A stretch of DNA of 64,000 nucleotides. Source: Longimicrobiales bacterium (GTDB taxonomy: Bacteria > Gemmatimonadota > Gemmatimonadetes > Longimicrobiales > Gaopeijiaceae). The notes beneath the pieces were generated by a model. That model was not told the DNA's origin. It was given only the letters and a program-made list of their open reading frames with translations, and made no database searches. The DNA lies in contig CBDCKN010000009.1 of NCBI GenBank assembly GCA_965218295.1, forward strand, positions 32,001 through 96,000, read 5' to 3'. Positions 9,149 to 17,875 of the stretch are shown piece by piece (positions within the stretch are counted from its first letter, which is position 1; each line of letters starts with the position of its first letter). Made by a program: the position numbers and the translations under genes.

Positions 9149-12100
9149 ACGTCACCCGGGCTGCCATCGAGCAGAACCGCGTCACGACCGCGCTGCTAAT
9201 CCTGCTGTTGGTCAGCGGCGTCATCACCTACATGAACATGCCGCGTGCGGAGGATCCGGGTTTCGTCGTCCGCACGGCGGTCGTCATGACGTTCTTTCCC
9301 GGCGCCAGCCCGGAACGCGTCGAGCTGCTGGTCACGGATAAGATAGAAAAGGTGGTTCAGGAGATTCCCGAGCTGGACTACGTCACGTCCCAATCGACGA
9401 CCGGCACGTCGATCGTGTGGGCGGAGATCCAACCTCGCTACAAAGAGATGCGTCCGATCTGGGACGACCTCAGGCGCAAAGTGGAAAAGGTGGCTCCCGA
9501 TCTGCCGGAGGGGATCATCGGCCCGATCGTGAACGATGAGTTTGGTGACGTCTTCGGCACCATCATCGCACTCACGGGCGATGGCGATGACTACTCCTAC
9601 ACCGAGCTCAAGGACGTCGCCGACGATGTACGCGACGAGCTCCTCCGTATCGACGAAGTGGCCAAGGTCGAGATCTACGGTGCGCAGGAGGAGCGCGTGT
9701 TCGTCGAATACAACAACGCGCGATTGGCGGAGGTGGGCATCTCGCCGTTTCAGCTACAGGCGATTCTCGAATCCCGCAACATCATCATCCCGGGTGGCGC
9801 CATCACGACCAGCGCAGAGCGGATTGCGCTGGAGCCGTCCGGTAATTTCGAAAGCGTGGACGACCTCCGGAGGAGTGTCATTCACCTGCCGGGAAGCAAC
9901 GACGTCATCGCCCTGCAGGACATCGCCACGGTGCGCCGCGGATATGTGGATCCACCGCAAACCATGACGAGGGCGTCCGGCATCCCGGCGCTGGCGCTGG
10001 CGATCTCGCTGCGGGAAGGCGGCAACATCATCTCGCTGGGTGAACAGTTCGTGCCGGTGTACGAGCGTGTGAAAGCGTCGTACCCCATCGGGATCGAGTT
10101 CGACCTCGTCGCCTACCAACCGGACGTCGTCGACAAGAAGATCAACGATTTTGTACGGAACCTGCTCCAGGCCATCGGCGTGATCATTCTGGTCATCCTG
10201 ATCACGTTGGGTATTCGTACCGGTCTCGTCGTCTCGACGCTGATCCCAATGGCGATCCTGACCTCGCTCCTGATTATGCCGCTGTTCAACGTCGGGCTTC
10301 ACCAAATGTCGCTAGCGGCGTTGATCATCGCCCTGGGCATCATGGTGGATAACGCCATCGTAATGTCCGAGTCGATCATGGTGCGCCTGGCCGAGGGTCG
10401 GGATCGTCTCGAGGCGGTCGTGGAGTCTGCCACGGAGCTCCGGATCCCGCTGCTTACCGCGTCGCTCACGACGGCTGCCGCGTTTCTGCCGATGTATCTC
10501 GCCGAATCGACGGCCGGGGAGTACATGGGCTCGATCTTCATCGTCATCACGATCACGCTGCTCAGTTCATGGGTGCTCTCTCTGACGATGATTCCGATGT
10601 TCAGCTTCCTGTTCCTCAAGGTGAAGAAGGCGGAATCCGCAGACCGATACGAATCGGGTCTACCGGCGATACCGACGGTTGCTCGTGGCGGTGCTCAGGC
10701 ACCGCGCGCGGAGTCTTGCCGGAACGGTGGGTTTGTTCGCCCTGGCGATGTTCATGTTTGGCTTCGTGCCGAATATCTTTTTCCCCCCGTCCGACCGTCT
10801 GATGGTTCAGGGAGAGATCAAGCTTCCCGTGGGAACGCCCATCGAGCACACCCAAGAGGTGGCGATGGAGGTGGAGCGCTTCATCCAGGATTCCCTCACC
10901 GTGACGGCGGACCGCCCGGCCGGCGTTACCAACTGGGCCACGTTCGTGGGCGAAGGCGCGCCCAGGTACACATGCTCCCGTACAATCGCGAGCTAGCCAG
11001 TCCCGAGTACGCGTTCATGATGATCAACCTGAATGCGCTTTCGGCCATCCCGACGACGATCTCGCGTCTGGAGCAGTTTGCGCTGCGGACGCTGCCGGAT
11101 GCGATAACGAAGTTCGCCGCCCCACCCCTTGGCCCGCCCGTGAACTCGCCCATCGAGGTTCGGATCTCGGGCCGAGATACGGATGTGCTCTTCGAGCTCG
11201 TGGATCAGGTCAAAGCGCAACTGGCTCGCGTCAACGGCGCCCGAAACATCACGGACGACTGGGGACAGCGCACGAAGAAGCTCCTGGTAAAGGTCAACGA
11301 ACCGCGTGCGCGGCGCGCGGGTGTCTCGAGTCGTGACGTCGCCGTGTCCCTACAGACGGCGTTTTCCGGATTCCCCACCACCCAGTACCGGGAGGATGAC
11401 AAGATCATACCGGTCACCATGCGCTCGGTGGAAGCAGATCGTAACGATCTGGGGAAGATCGAGAGTCTGAACATCTACGCCCAAGCGACCGGCCGGACCG
11501 TGCCCCTAAAGCAGGTGGCGGACGTCGAGGTGGTGTGGCAACCGTCCAAGGTCAAGCGGCGGGATCGTTTCAGGACGGTGGCGGTGCTGGCGGACGTAGA
11601 GCGAGGCGTAACCGCCGCTGAGGTGAACGCGCAGCTCGTTCCGTGGCTCCAGGACGAGAGTGCGGAGTGGGCTCTGGGGTACCGCTACGAGATTGGCGGT
11701 GAAGCGGAAGAAGCCCGCACCTCGCAGGCGTCGATCAATGTTAAGATGCCCATCATGATGCTCATCATCGTGCTCCTGCTTGTCGCCCAGTTCAACTCAT
11801 TCCGACGACCGTTGATCATCCTCCTCACGATTCCGCTCGGACTGATCGGCGTGGTATTCGGATTGCTCGTGACCCGCTCGTACTTCGGCTTCATGACCCT
11901 GCTTGGGGTCTTTGCGCTTGCAGGCATCGTGATCAACAACGCCATAGTGCTCATCGATCGGATTCGGATCGAGATCGACGAACACGGCCTCGATCCCGCA
12001 CGCGCCGTAATCGAAGCGGCGCAACGCCGGCTGCGACCGATTCTGCTGACGACGGCGACGACCGTGGCGGGATTGCTTCCCCTCTGGTACGGAGGTGGAC

Positions 12101-12255
12101 CCATGTGGAAGCCCATGGCCATCGCGATCATCTTCGGACTCCTGTTCGCCACCGTGCTGACGTTGGGCTTCGTGCCGCTGCTCTATTCTCTCTTCTTCCG
12201 CGTGAGCTTCAAGGGATTCGTGTACGATGCGGTGGGGGCGTCGGATGCACGTTGA
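9145..12255 (+). CDS. RND efflux permease (AcrB/AcrD/AcrF family) with two compensating internal frameshifts
   Basis: GIMVDNAIV, GIVINNAIVLID and RLRPILLT. The segment 10660-10970 reads correctly only in the alternative frame (ORF 10679-10996). Confidence 0.92.
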   Translation: MNVTRAAIEQNRVTTALLILLLVSGVITYMNMPRAEDPGFVVRTAVVMTFFPGASPERVELLVTDKIEKVVQEIPELDYVTSQSTTGTSIVWAEIQPRYKEMRPIWDDLRRKVEKVAPDLPEGIIGPIVNDEFGDVFGTIIALTGDGDDYSYTELKDVADDVRDELLRIDEVAKVEIYGAQEERVFVEYNNARLAEVGISPFQLQAILESRNIIIPGGAITTSAERIALEPSGNFESVDDLRRSVIHLPGSNDVIALQDIATVRRGYVDPPQTMTRASGIPALALAISLREGGNIISLGEQFVPVYERVKASYPIGIEFDLVAYQPDVVDKKINDFVRNLLQAIGVIILVILITLGIRTGLVVSTLIPMAILTSLLIMPLFNVGLHQMSLAALIIALGIMVDNAIVMSESIMVRLAEGRDRLEAVVESATELRIPLLTASLTTAAAFLPMYLAESTAGEYMGSIFIVITITLLSSWVLSLTMIPMFSFLFLKVKKAESADRYESGLPAIPTVARGGAQAPRAESCRNGGFVRPGDVHVWLRAEYLFPPVRPSDGSGRDQASRGNAHRAHPRGGDGGGALHPGFPHRDGGPPGRRYQLGHVRGRRRAQVHMLPYNRELASPEYAFMMINLNALSAIPTTISRLEQFALRTLPDAITKFAAPPLGPPVNSPIEVRISGRDTDVLFELVDQVKAQLARVNGARNITDDWGQRTKKLLVKVNEPRARRAGVSSRDVAVSLQTAFSGFPTTQYREDDKIIPVTMRSVEADRNDLGKIESLNIYAQATGRTVPLKQVADVEVVWQPSKVKRRDRFRTVAVLADVERGVTAAEVNAQLVPWLQDESAEWALGYRYEIGGEAEEARTSQASINVKMPIMMLIIVLLLVAQFNSFRRPLIILLTIPLGLIGVVFGLLVTRSYFGFMTLLGVFALAGIVINNAIVLIDRIRIEIDEHGLDPARAVIEAAQRRLRPILLTTATTVAGLLPLWYGGGPMWKPMAIAIIFGLLFATVLTLGFVPLLYSLFFRVSFKGFVYDAVGASDAR

Positions 12256-12348
12256 CGTGAGACGGTCGCGGGGGAGGTCTAGGTCCCTTGGCGACGATCG
12301 CGAGTTACAGTGCAACGGAGTTTCGTGAGCTAGGAAGGAGTCAATCGC

Positions 12349-13272
12349 ATGGTCGACGACAAGGAAATCTCTGCGACGTTCCCGTTCGAGTCCAGGTTCA
12401 TCGAGGTGGAGGGATCGAAGATCCACTACGTCGAGGAGGGGACTGGCGACCCGATCCTCTTCCTCCACGGCAACCCGACATCGTCCTACCTCTGGCGAAA
12501 TATCATCCCGTACGCGGCCGAGATGGGCCGGGCGATCGCTCCGGACTTGATCGGCATGGGGAAGTCCGACAAGCCGGACATCGAGTACCGCTTCTTTGAC
12601 CACGTGCGGTACATAGCAGGGTTCATAGACGCCCTCGGCCTCCAGAACATCACCCTCGTAATACATGATTGGGGCTCCGCGATCGGCCTCCACTACGCCA
12701 TGCGAAACGAGTCCAACATTAAAGGGATTGCAATGATGGAGGCGATCCTGATATCCGTCCCAAGCTGGGACGCGTTTTCACCGGATTTCCAGAAGATGTT
12801 CAAAGGCTTCCGAACGCCCGAGGTCGGCTGGGACATGGTCGTCAATCAGAACATGTTCGTCGAGGGTGTCCTTCCCAACGCGATCGTCCGGGATCTGACT
12901 GAAGAGGAGATGAACGTCTACCGGGCGCCGTTCACGGACCCCGAGAGCAGGAAGCCTTTGTGGCGCTGGCCGAACGAACTGCCCATCGAGGGTGAGCCGG
13001 CCGATGTCGTCGAAGCGGTTGACGCCTACGGCGCTAAGCTTCAGCAATCAGACCTGCCGAAACTCCTCTTCCATGCCACCCCTGGGGCGCTCTTGCCGCC
13101 ACCGATGGTGGACTGGAGCAAAGAGCACTTCTCCAACTTGAAGACGGTCGACATCGGCCAGGGCATCCACTTCTTGCAGGAAGATAACCCGCACCTGATC
13201 GGCCGGGAGCTAGCCGGCTGGTATCAGGGGCTCACCACGCCTTCCACGAAGATGCGAAGCCAGGGGATCTGA
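12349..13272 (+). CDS. dhaA: Haloalkane dehalogenase (DhaA/LinB-like alpha/beta hydrolase)
   Basis: HGNPTSSYLWRN, nucleophile motif VIHDWG, catalytic acid in MEA, and GIHFLQED. The last ~12 aa probably derive from inserted DNA. Confidence 0.88.
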   Translation: MVDDKEISATFPFESRFIEVEGSKIHYVEEGTGDPILFLHGNPTSSYLWRNIIPYAAEMGRAIAPDLIGMGKSDKPDIEYRFFDHVRYIAGFIDALGLQNITLVIHDWGSAIGLHYAMRNESNIKGIAMMEAILISVPSWDAFSPDFQKMFKGFRTPEVGWDMVVNQNMFVEGVLPNAIVRDLTEEEMNVYRAPFTDPESRKPLWRWPNELPIEGEPADVVEAVDAYGAKLQQSDLPKLLFHATPGALLPPPMVDWSKEHFSNLKTVDIGQGIHFLQEDNPHLIGRELAGWYQGLTTPSTKMRSQGI

Positions 13273-13440
13273 CGGTCACTTCCCCACCCGCTCATCCGCC
13301 CTGCGGCTGTTGACTTCCTGACCTTCGGCTGCGGAGCATGAGGGTCATGCTCTGCGTGGCTCTCTCTGGTCCTCCGTGCTCTCACGGGTATGACTCGATC
13401 CCGACCTACTTGGCCGTTGAGATACGACTGTCGGAGCAAG
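13232..13440 (-). mobile_element. Non-coding insert resembling a truncated IS110-family left end (candidate bridge-RNA fragment); no transposase
   Basis: Truncates the MDR gene and appears to replace the dhaA stop. Contains the hairpin GAGCATGA-ccc-TCATGCTC and the collinear blocks CCGACAGTCG, AACGGCC, GGGCGGATGA, GTCAGA and CTGGCTTCG, which I recall from IS110 non-coding ends (not verified by search). Confidence 0.5.
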
Positions 13441-14107
13441 CGTCTTCCTGACTCCGCACCGTGGTTGCCACCTTTGCGCCAAGTGCCTTAGCGACCTGCA
13501 CCTGCATGCTTCCGGCGCCACCCGCACCGGCGTGGACGAGCACCGTGTCGCCCGACTTCACGCCGCCTACGGTCTTTACCGACCGTACCGCGGTCGCCAA
13601 AACCACGGGCAGTGTGGCCACGAGCTCCGGCGCTAGTCCGGTCTCGTCCTTTACCGTGAACTCGGCCGGAAACTCGACGTACTGGGCGTACGTGCCCGGC
13701 CGCCCGAGCCCGGGGACCGTGAAGCTGACGGCGGTCCCGGCCGGCTGGATGCCCCACTCGGCCTCATCGAGTGGGTAGCCAGGCACCGGAATGACCGCGT
13801 CGCCGATCTCGAAACCGTTGACGCCGGCGCCAATAGCTGCCACTTCACCCGCGGCATCGGAGCCCAGGATGTGTGGCCACGGAAGCTCCGGGGCGATCTC
13901 TCCTTGTCGGATGTAGTGATCGAACCGATTCAGGCCGGCGGCGTTCACCTTGATGAGCAGATGATCAGGCTGCGGCTCCGTGAGGGGCACTTCCGTGAGC
14001 TCGAGCGCGTCGGGCCCACCGAACCCCCGGATGACGGCTGCCGTCATCACACCGGCCGTCGACTGCTCCGTTCCCTGCACCGTGTCGCTCTTCGTTATCG
14101 TTGCCAT
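13406..14107 (-). pseudogene. MDR-superfamily NAD(P)H:quinone oxidoreductase-like protein, C-terminally truncated
   Basis: GFGGPDAL, PHILGSDAAGEV, GTYAQY and VLVHAGAGGAG. Homology stops at KVATTVRSQE, about 100 aa short. AAAGGAG precedes ATG 14107. Confidence 0.85.
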
Positions 14108-14173
14108 CGTTCTGTCTCCTTTTCGTGTGGCGAGAGGTCCTTGTGCCTCTCCGTCGCTCAATCGCAAGGGAAG

Positions 14174-14188
14174 GCACGGGTCGTGCCA
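14174..14188 (-). promoter_or_regulatory. Sigma54 (-24/-12) promoter of the MDR gene
   Basis: TGGCAC-GACCC-GTGC (GG-N10-GC), beside a divergent sigma54 activator gene. Confidence 0.8.
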
Positions 14189-14243
14189 AGCGCGGCAGCG
14201 CCGTAAATCGTTGGCAGAAAAAACGTTGCGGATTTCAGACTGA

Positions 14244-14299
14244 TCATGAAAGTTCGTGGTATCACGAACTATCGTTGATATTGTCACGAGTTATCGTGA
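14244..14299. promoter_or_regulatory. Three tandem palindromic sites (TCACGA-N4-TCGTGA), candidate enhancer for the bEBP
   Basis: tcatga-aagt-tcgtgg (14244), tcacga-acta-tcgttg (14262) and tcacga-gtta-tcgtga (14284). Confidence 0.65.
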
Positions 14300-14364
14300 T
14301 TCTTGTGGGGAGCGGCGATGGGATGCTTCAGAGGCGATGTTCACGCGGTCTCGGAGGAGGTTGA

Positions 14365-15834
14365 ATGCCCGAAGAAGGTCTGACCCCGGATCTGATCAAC
14401 GAGCTCGAGCAGTACCGGCGGATACTCAACAACATCCCGGCGGAGATCGGCGTTCTCGACACCGACGGGCGGTACCTCTTCAACACGCCGTCCGGAATTC
14501 GCGACCCCGGCGTTCGAGAGTGGATGCTCGGCAAGACGAACCACGAGTGGGTGCGAGAGCGGGGTCATCCGATCGAGATCGCGGATAGGCGACAGTCGGC
14601 CGTCGATCACTGCGTGGCGGAGAAGGAGTCGGTGACGTTCGAGGAGATCTGGACCGACCGACACGGTCGCCGGCTCCACTACGTCCGCACGTTCAGTCCC
14701 GTCGAAGACGAAGCGGGGACGGTCACGCACGTGCTCGGATACGGCCAGGAGATCACGCAGCTCAAGAAAGCAGAGGAGGAGCTAAGGACCGCACTGGCCG
14801 AGGTCGAGGCGCTCAGAGACCGACTCCACCATGAGAATCAGTATCTCCGCGAGGAGCTCCAGGCCGAGTACAACTTCGAGGAGATGGTGGGCGAGTCCCC
14901 TGCGATGGCAAACGTGCGTGCCGCGATCGAGACCGTGGCGCCGACGGACGCCAATGTCGTGATCAGCGGGGAAACGGGGACCGGTAAAGAAGTCGTTACT
15001 CGGGCGATCCACGCACTCAGCAGCCGACGTGACAAGCCGCTCATCAAGGTGAACTGCGCGTCCATCCCGCGCGAATTGTTCGAGAGTGAGTTCTTCGGTC
15101 ATGTGAGGGGTGCGTTCACCGGAGCGATCAAGGATCGTGTCGGCCGGTTCCAGCTCGCCGATGAGGGAACCTTGTTCCTCGACGAGATTGGCGAGATCCC
15201 CCTCGAGATACAGGGCAAGCTGCTCCGCGTTCTACAAGAAGGTGACTTCGAGCGGGTCGGCGAGGCCAAGACACGCAGAGCCGACGTCCGGATCATCGCC
15301 GCCACCAATCGAAATCTCAAAGAGGAGGTCGAGGGTGGCCGTTTCCGCCAGGACCTCTACTATCGGCTCAATGTCTTTCCCATCGATGTGCCGCCTCTCC
15401 GTCATCGCGGAGACGACACGCAGCTCCTCGCGACTCATTACCTCGAACGAGCCGTGCGGAAGCTCAGCCGAGGACCGCGGTCGCTCACGATCGCCGAAGC
15501 GTCGCAGCTTCTGTCCTACGATTGGCCGGGCAACGTGCGGGAGTTACAGAACGTGATCGAGCGGGCTGTGATCACGAATCGTGGCGGACCGCTGAGCTTC
15601 GATCTTCCTTCGTCGGAGGGAGGTGGGCCCTCCGCGCCCGGGAGCGCAGTGGATGCCGAGGTCGGCGTGGTGTCCGACGCCAAGATGCGACGACGGGAGC
15701 ACGACAACGTGCTGCGCGCCCTCGAGAGAACGAACTGGCGGGTCTACGGATCCGAGGGTGCCGCGGCGTTGCTTGGGCTCAAGGCCACCACACTGGCGTC
15801 GCGGATCAAGAAGCTGGGACTCGACCGCCGATGA
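14365..15834 (+). CDS. PAS-domain sigma54-dependent transcriptional activator (FhlA/NifA-like)
   Basis: N-terminal [35 protein letters not shown] and a C-terminal HTH. Confidence 0.95.
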   Translation: MPEEGLTPDLINELEQYRRILNNIPAEIGVLDTDGRYLFNTPSGIRDPGVREWMLGKTNHEWVRERGHPIEIADRRQSAVDHCVAEKESVTFEEIWTDRHGRRLHYVRTFSPVEDEAGTVTHVLGYGQEITQLKKAEEELRTALAEVEALRDRLHHENQYLREELQAEYNFEEMVGESPAMANVRAAIETVAPTDANVVISGETGTGKEVVTRAIHALSSRRDKPLIKVNCASIPRELFESEFFGHVRGAFTGAIKDRVGRFQLADEGTLFLDEIGEIPLEIQGKLLRVLQEGDFERVGEAKTRRADVRIIAATNRNLKEEVEGGRFRQDLYYRLNVFPIDVPPLRHRGDDTQLLATHYLERAVRKLSRGPRSLTIAEASQLLSYDWPGNVRELQNVIERAVITNRGGPLSFDLPSSEGGGPSAPGSAVDAEVGVVSDAKMRRREHDNVLRALERTNWRVYGSEGAAALLGLKATTLASRIKKLGLDRR

Positions 15835-15878
15835 CGGCGCGCCACCGGGTTAGTGCTCGAAGAGAGCCGGCGCTGGGA

Positions 15879-17168
15879 TCAGCCCGCCAGCGACCTGGCC
15901 CGCTCGTTCAGCGCCTTCCGGACGTGGGTCACTGTCGCCGGCGGGACCGCGGACTCCTGGGCGAAGCGCTCCCAATCGGCCACGGCGGAGCGTGTCTGAT
16001 CTAGGATGCGCTCCGGCTTCTTCACGTCGAAATCCCGGGCGACCGCGAGCAGGTCGGACTCGAGGATGCCCGCGGTCTTGTCACGCACGCGCATCTGGTG
16101 CTCCGACGTCCAGTCCACGCCCCGAGCGAAGGTGACGTCGTACGCCGGAGCCAGCGCCCACTCCCCGTCGGGTCGCATATGGAAGGACAGGTTCTTCACG
16201 TGATCGTCCTGGTTGACGGCGATCACGTTGAAGACCATCCGGCGGTACGCCTGCTCGAGTGGGCCGTAGGTCATCCCGAGCCTGAAGACGGTGCGTAAGT
16301 ACTCCTCGTACGAGCTCGCCCCCCGGTCGTTGTAGTCGACGTGGATCAGCCCCCCGAAGGTGTGCTGGTGGACGCGTGCTCCGTTCTCGATGTCGAAGCG
16401 GCGGATTAGGAGGTGCGCATACCCCTCGTGCTCCAGCACGGTGACGTGCGTGGTCTCGAGACCGGCTGCCCGGGCCATCTCCGAGTACGCGGCCTCGACG
16501 CGGTTGAAGGGCAGGGGCGCTCCCAGCCGGTCCGGCGTCACGCCGTCACCCACGCCATCGAACTTGAGAATGCAGGGGATGTCGCCCGGCCCGGCCGGAG
16601 CGTTCGAGGACCGGATGGAACAGTCCCTGGGGTCGTAGAGGACGACGGCCTTGGGTCGCATGCCTCCGGCCGAAGAGCCGATGCGGTAGATCTCGGGGAT
16701 GGCCACCTCGGGCTCGCCCTGGACGATGCGCCGCGCGTCGCGGACGAGGGCGGCGACCTCGAGTGACTCCAGCTCCGCCTCTCGGGTCGGGATGTCCTCG
16801 GCGGGGTGGAAGGTGAGCGCGCCCAGGGCCCGCTCCCCAACGTACAGCAGTCGTTGAACGGGACTGAGCGCCCGGTCCGACTCGCCCCGCGCCTCGAAGT
16901 ATGCCCGGATAACCTTGTTGCCGAATGCGTCCGGGAGCGAATCGGCGAGGACACCGGGGAGGCCCCGGAAGGCGGGGCGCCTGAGGAGCTCGTCGAAGCT
17001 GAGGGGACCCTCCCGAGACGTGGGGAGGTGGATGGGAGAGATGTCCAGCCCGCTACGCCGGAACGCGTCGGCGTACTCGAAGAGGATGCGGCCGTTGTCG
17101 AGCTCCACCACCGCACCCACGGTCTCGTCCCAGAGGCGCACCTCGGCGTCGGCGAGGACGGAGGCCAC
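15879..17168 (-). CDS. hipA: HipA-family kinase toxin
   Basis: HipA N-terminal domain (DSLPDAFG), SSAGGMRPK, NQDDHVKN and LAPAYDV. Confidence 0.92.
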   Translation of the reverse strand: MASVLADAEVRLWDETVGAVVELDNGRILFEYADAFRRSGLDISPIHLPTSREGPLSFDELLRRPAFRGLPGVLADSLPDAFGNKVIRAYFEARGESDRALSPVQRLLYVGERALGALTFHPAEDIPTREAELESLEVAALVRDARRIVQGEPEVAIPEIYRIGSSAGGMRPKAVVLYDPRDCSIRSSNAPAGPGDIPCILKFDGVGDGVTPDRLGAPLPFNRVEAAYSEMARAAGLETTHVTVLEHEGYAHLLIRRFDIENGARVHQHTFGGLIHVDYNDRGASSYEEYLRTVFRLGMTYGPLEQAYRRMVFNVIAVNQDDHVKNLSFHMRPDGEWALAPAYDVTFARGVDWTSEHQMRVRDKTAGILESDLLAVARDFDVKKPERILDQTRSAVADWERFAQESAVPPATVTHVRKALNERARSLAG

Positions 17169-17169
17169 G

Positions 17170-17415
17170 CTACTTCGCTCGCCGTTCTTCGAGGACGGCT
17201 ATGGGGGAGATCTCGGGCTTGGGGATGAAGCTCTCCAGGGCCGCGAGGCGGCCGTAGACACGGAGGAGCCGGACGACCGTCAGGAGCGTCGGGTTCTGCC
17301 CTCGCTCCGCCCGGTACAGGGTGTGTCGAGACAGCGCGGCCTGCTCGGCCGCTTCCACCATCGTCAGGCGCCGGGATTCGCGCAGCGCCTCGAGGCGACG
17401 CCCGATCTCCTGCAT
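17170..17415 (-). CDS. XRE-family HTH protein, HipB-like antitoxin
   Basis: HTH (RRLTMVEAAEQAALSRHTLYRAERG) directly upstream of hipA. The frame stays open further upstream to an ATA near 17457. Confidence 0.85.
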   Translation of the reverse strand: MQEIGRRLEALRESRRLTMVEAAEQAALSRHTLYRAERGQNPTLLTVVRLLRVYGRLAALESFIPKPEISPIAVLEERRAK

Positions 17416-17480
17416 CAGCTCTCGATCGGTGGCGGAAGTGTAACTTAAATGGCTTATTCCGGCCCCCTCAGGGCGATTCG

Positions 17481-17590
17481 TACCGTAAAAGTCCCATCAC
17501 AAGGATATGGGATCTCAGGGCCGAAGCGCAAGGGTGTGTACCTTTAAAGTCTCGAATATACCAAAGGATAGGTGTTTGGGACTTTTGGTA
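17481..17590. promoter_or_regulatory. Inverted repeats upstream of hipB, candidate autoregulatory operators
   Basis: AAAAGTCCCA (17487-17496) and TGGGACTTTT (17577-17586) form a perfect inverted pair. Also TCCCAT-N9-ATGGGA (17492-17512), all in an AT-rich patch. Confidence 0.5.
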
Positions 17591-17875
17591 TGCAGTGCGA
17601 ACGCGCTGGCCCGGGGGCCCTCGCCGAGGGGCAGTACCGCGTCGGCCCCCTCACCAGGGCAGCTGCCGATCGCACGAGGCACTGTGCCCCTGTCCCGGCC
17701 CGAGAGGGCGGGCACGTGCAAGGTGTTGTTCATAATCACCTTGCGCCCCACTTTCACGATGATGCGCTCGCTGGCACCATTTGTGCCCTTCCGCCAGCCA
17801 GAGCACGGAGGCGGCTGGGGGACAGGCATGGACGCCAACGAAGCCTAGTCATCCACCTCTCGGAGGAACGGACCG

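Noticed and set aside
17591..17875. 5' extension of ORF 17572-20208 and the antisense ORF 17515-17838
   Set aside because: No recognisable motif in either. The likely start is ATG 17876 with an SD; at most this is an unidentifiable remnant.
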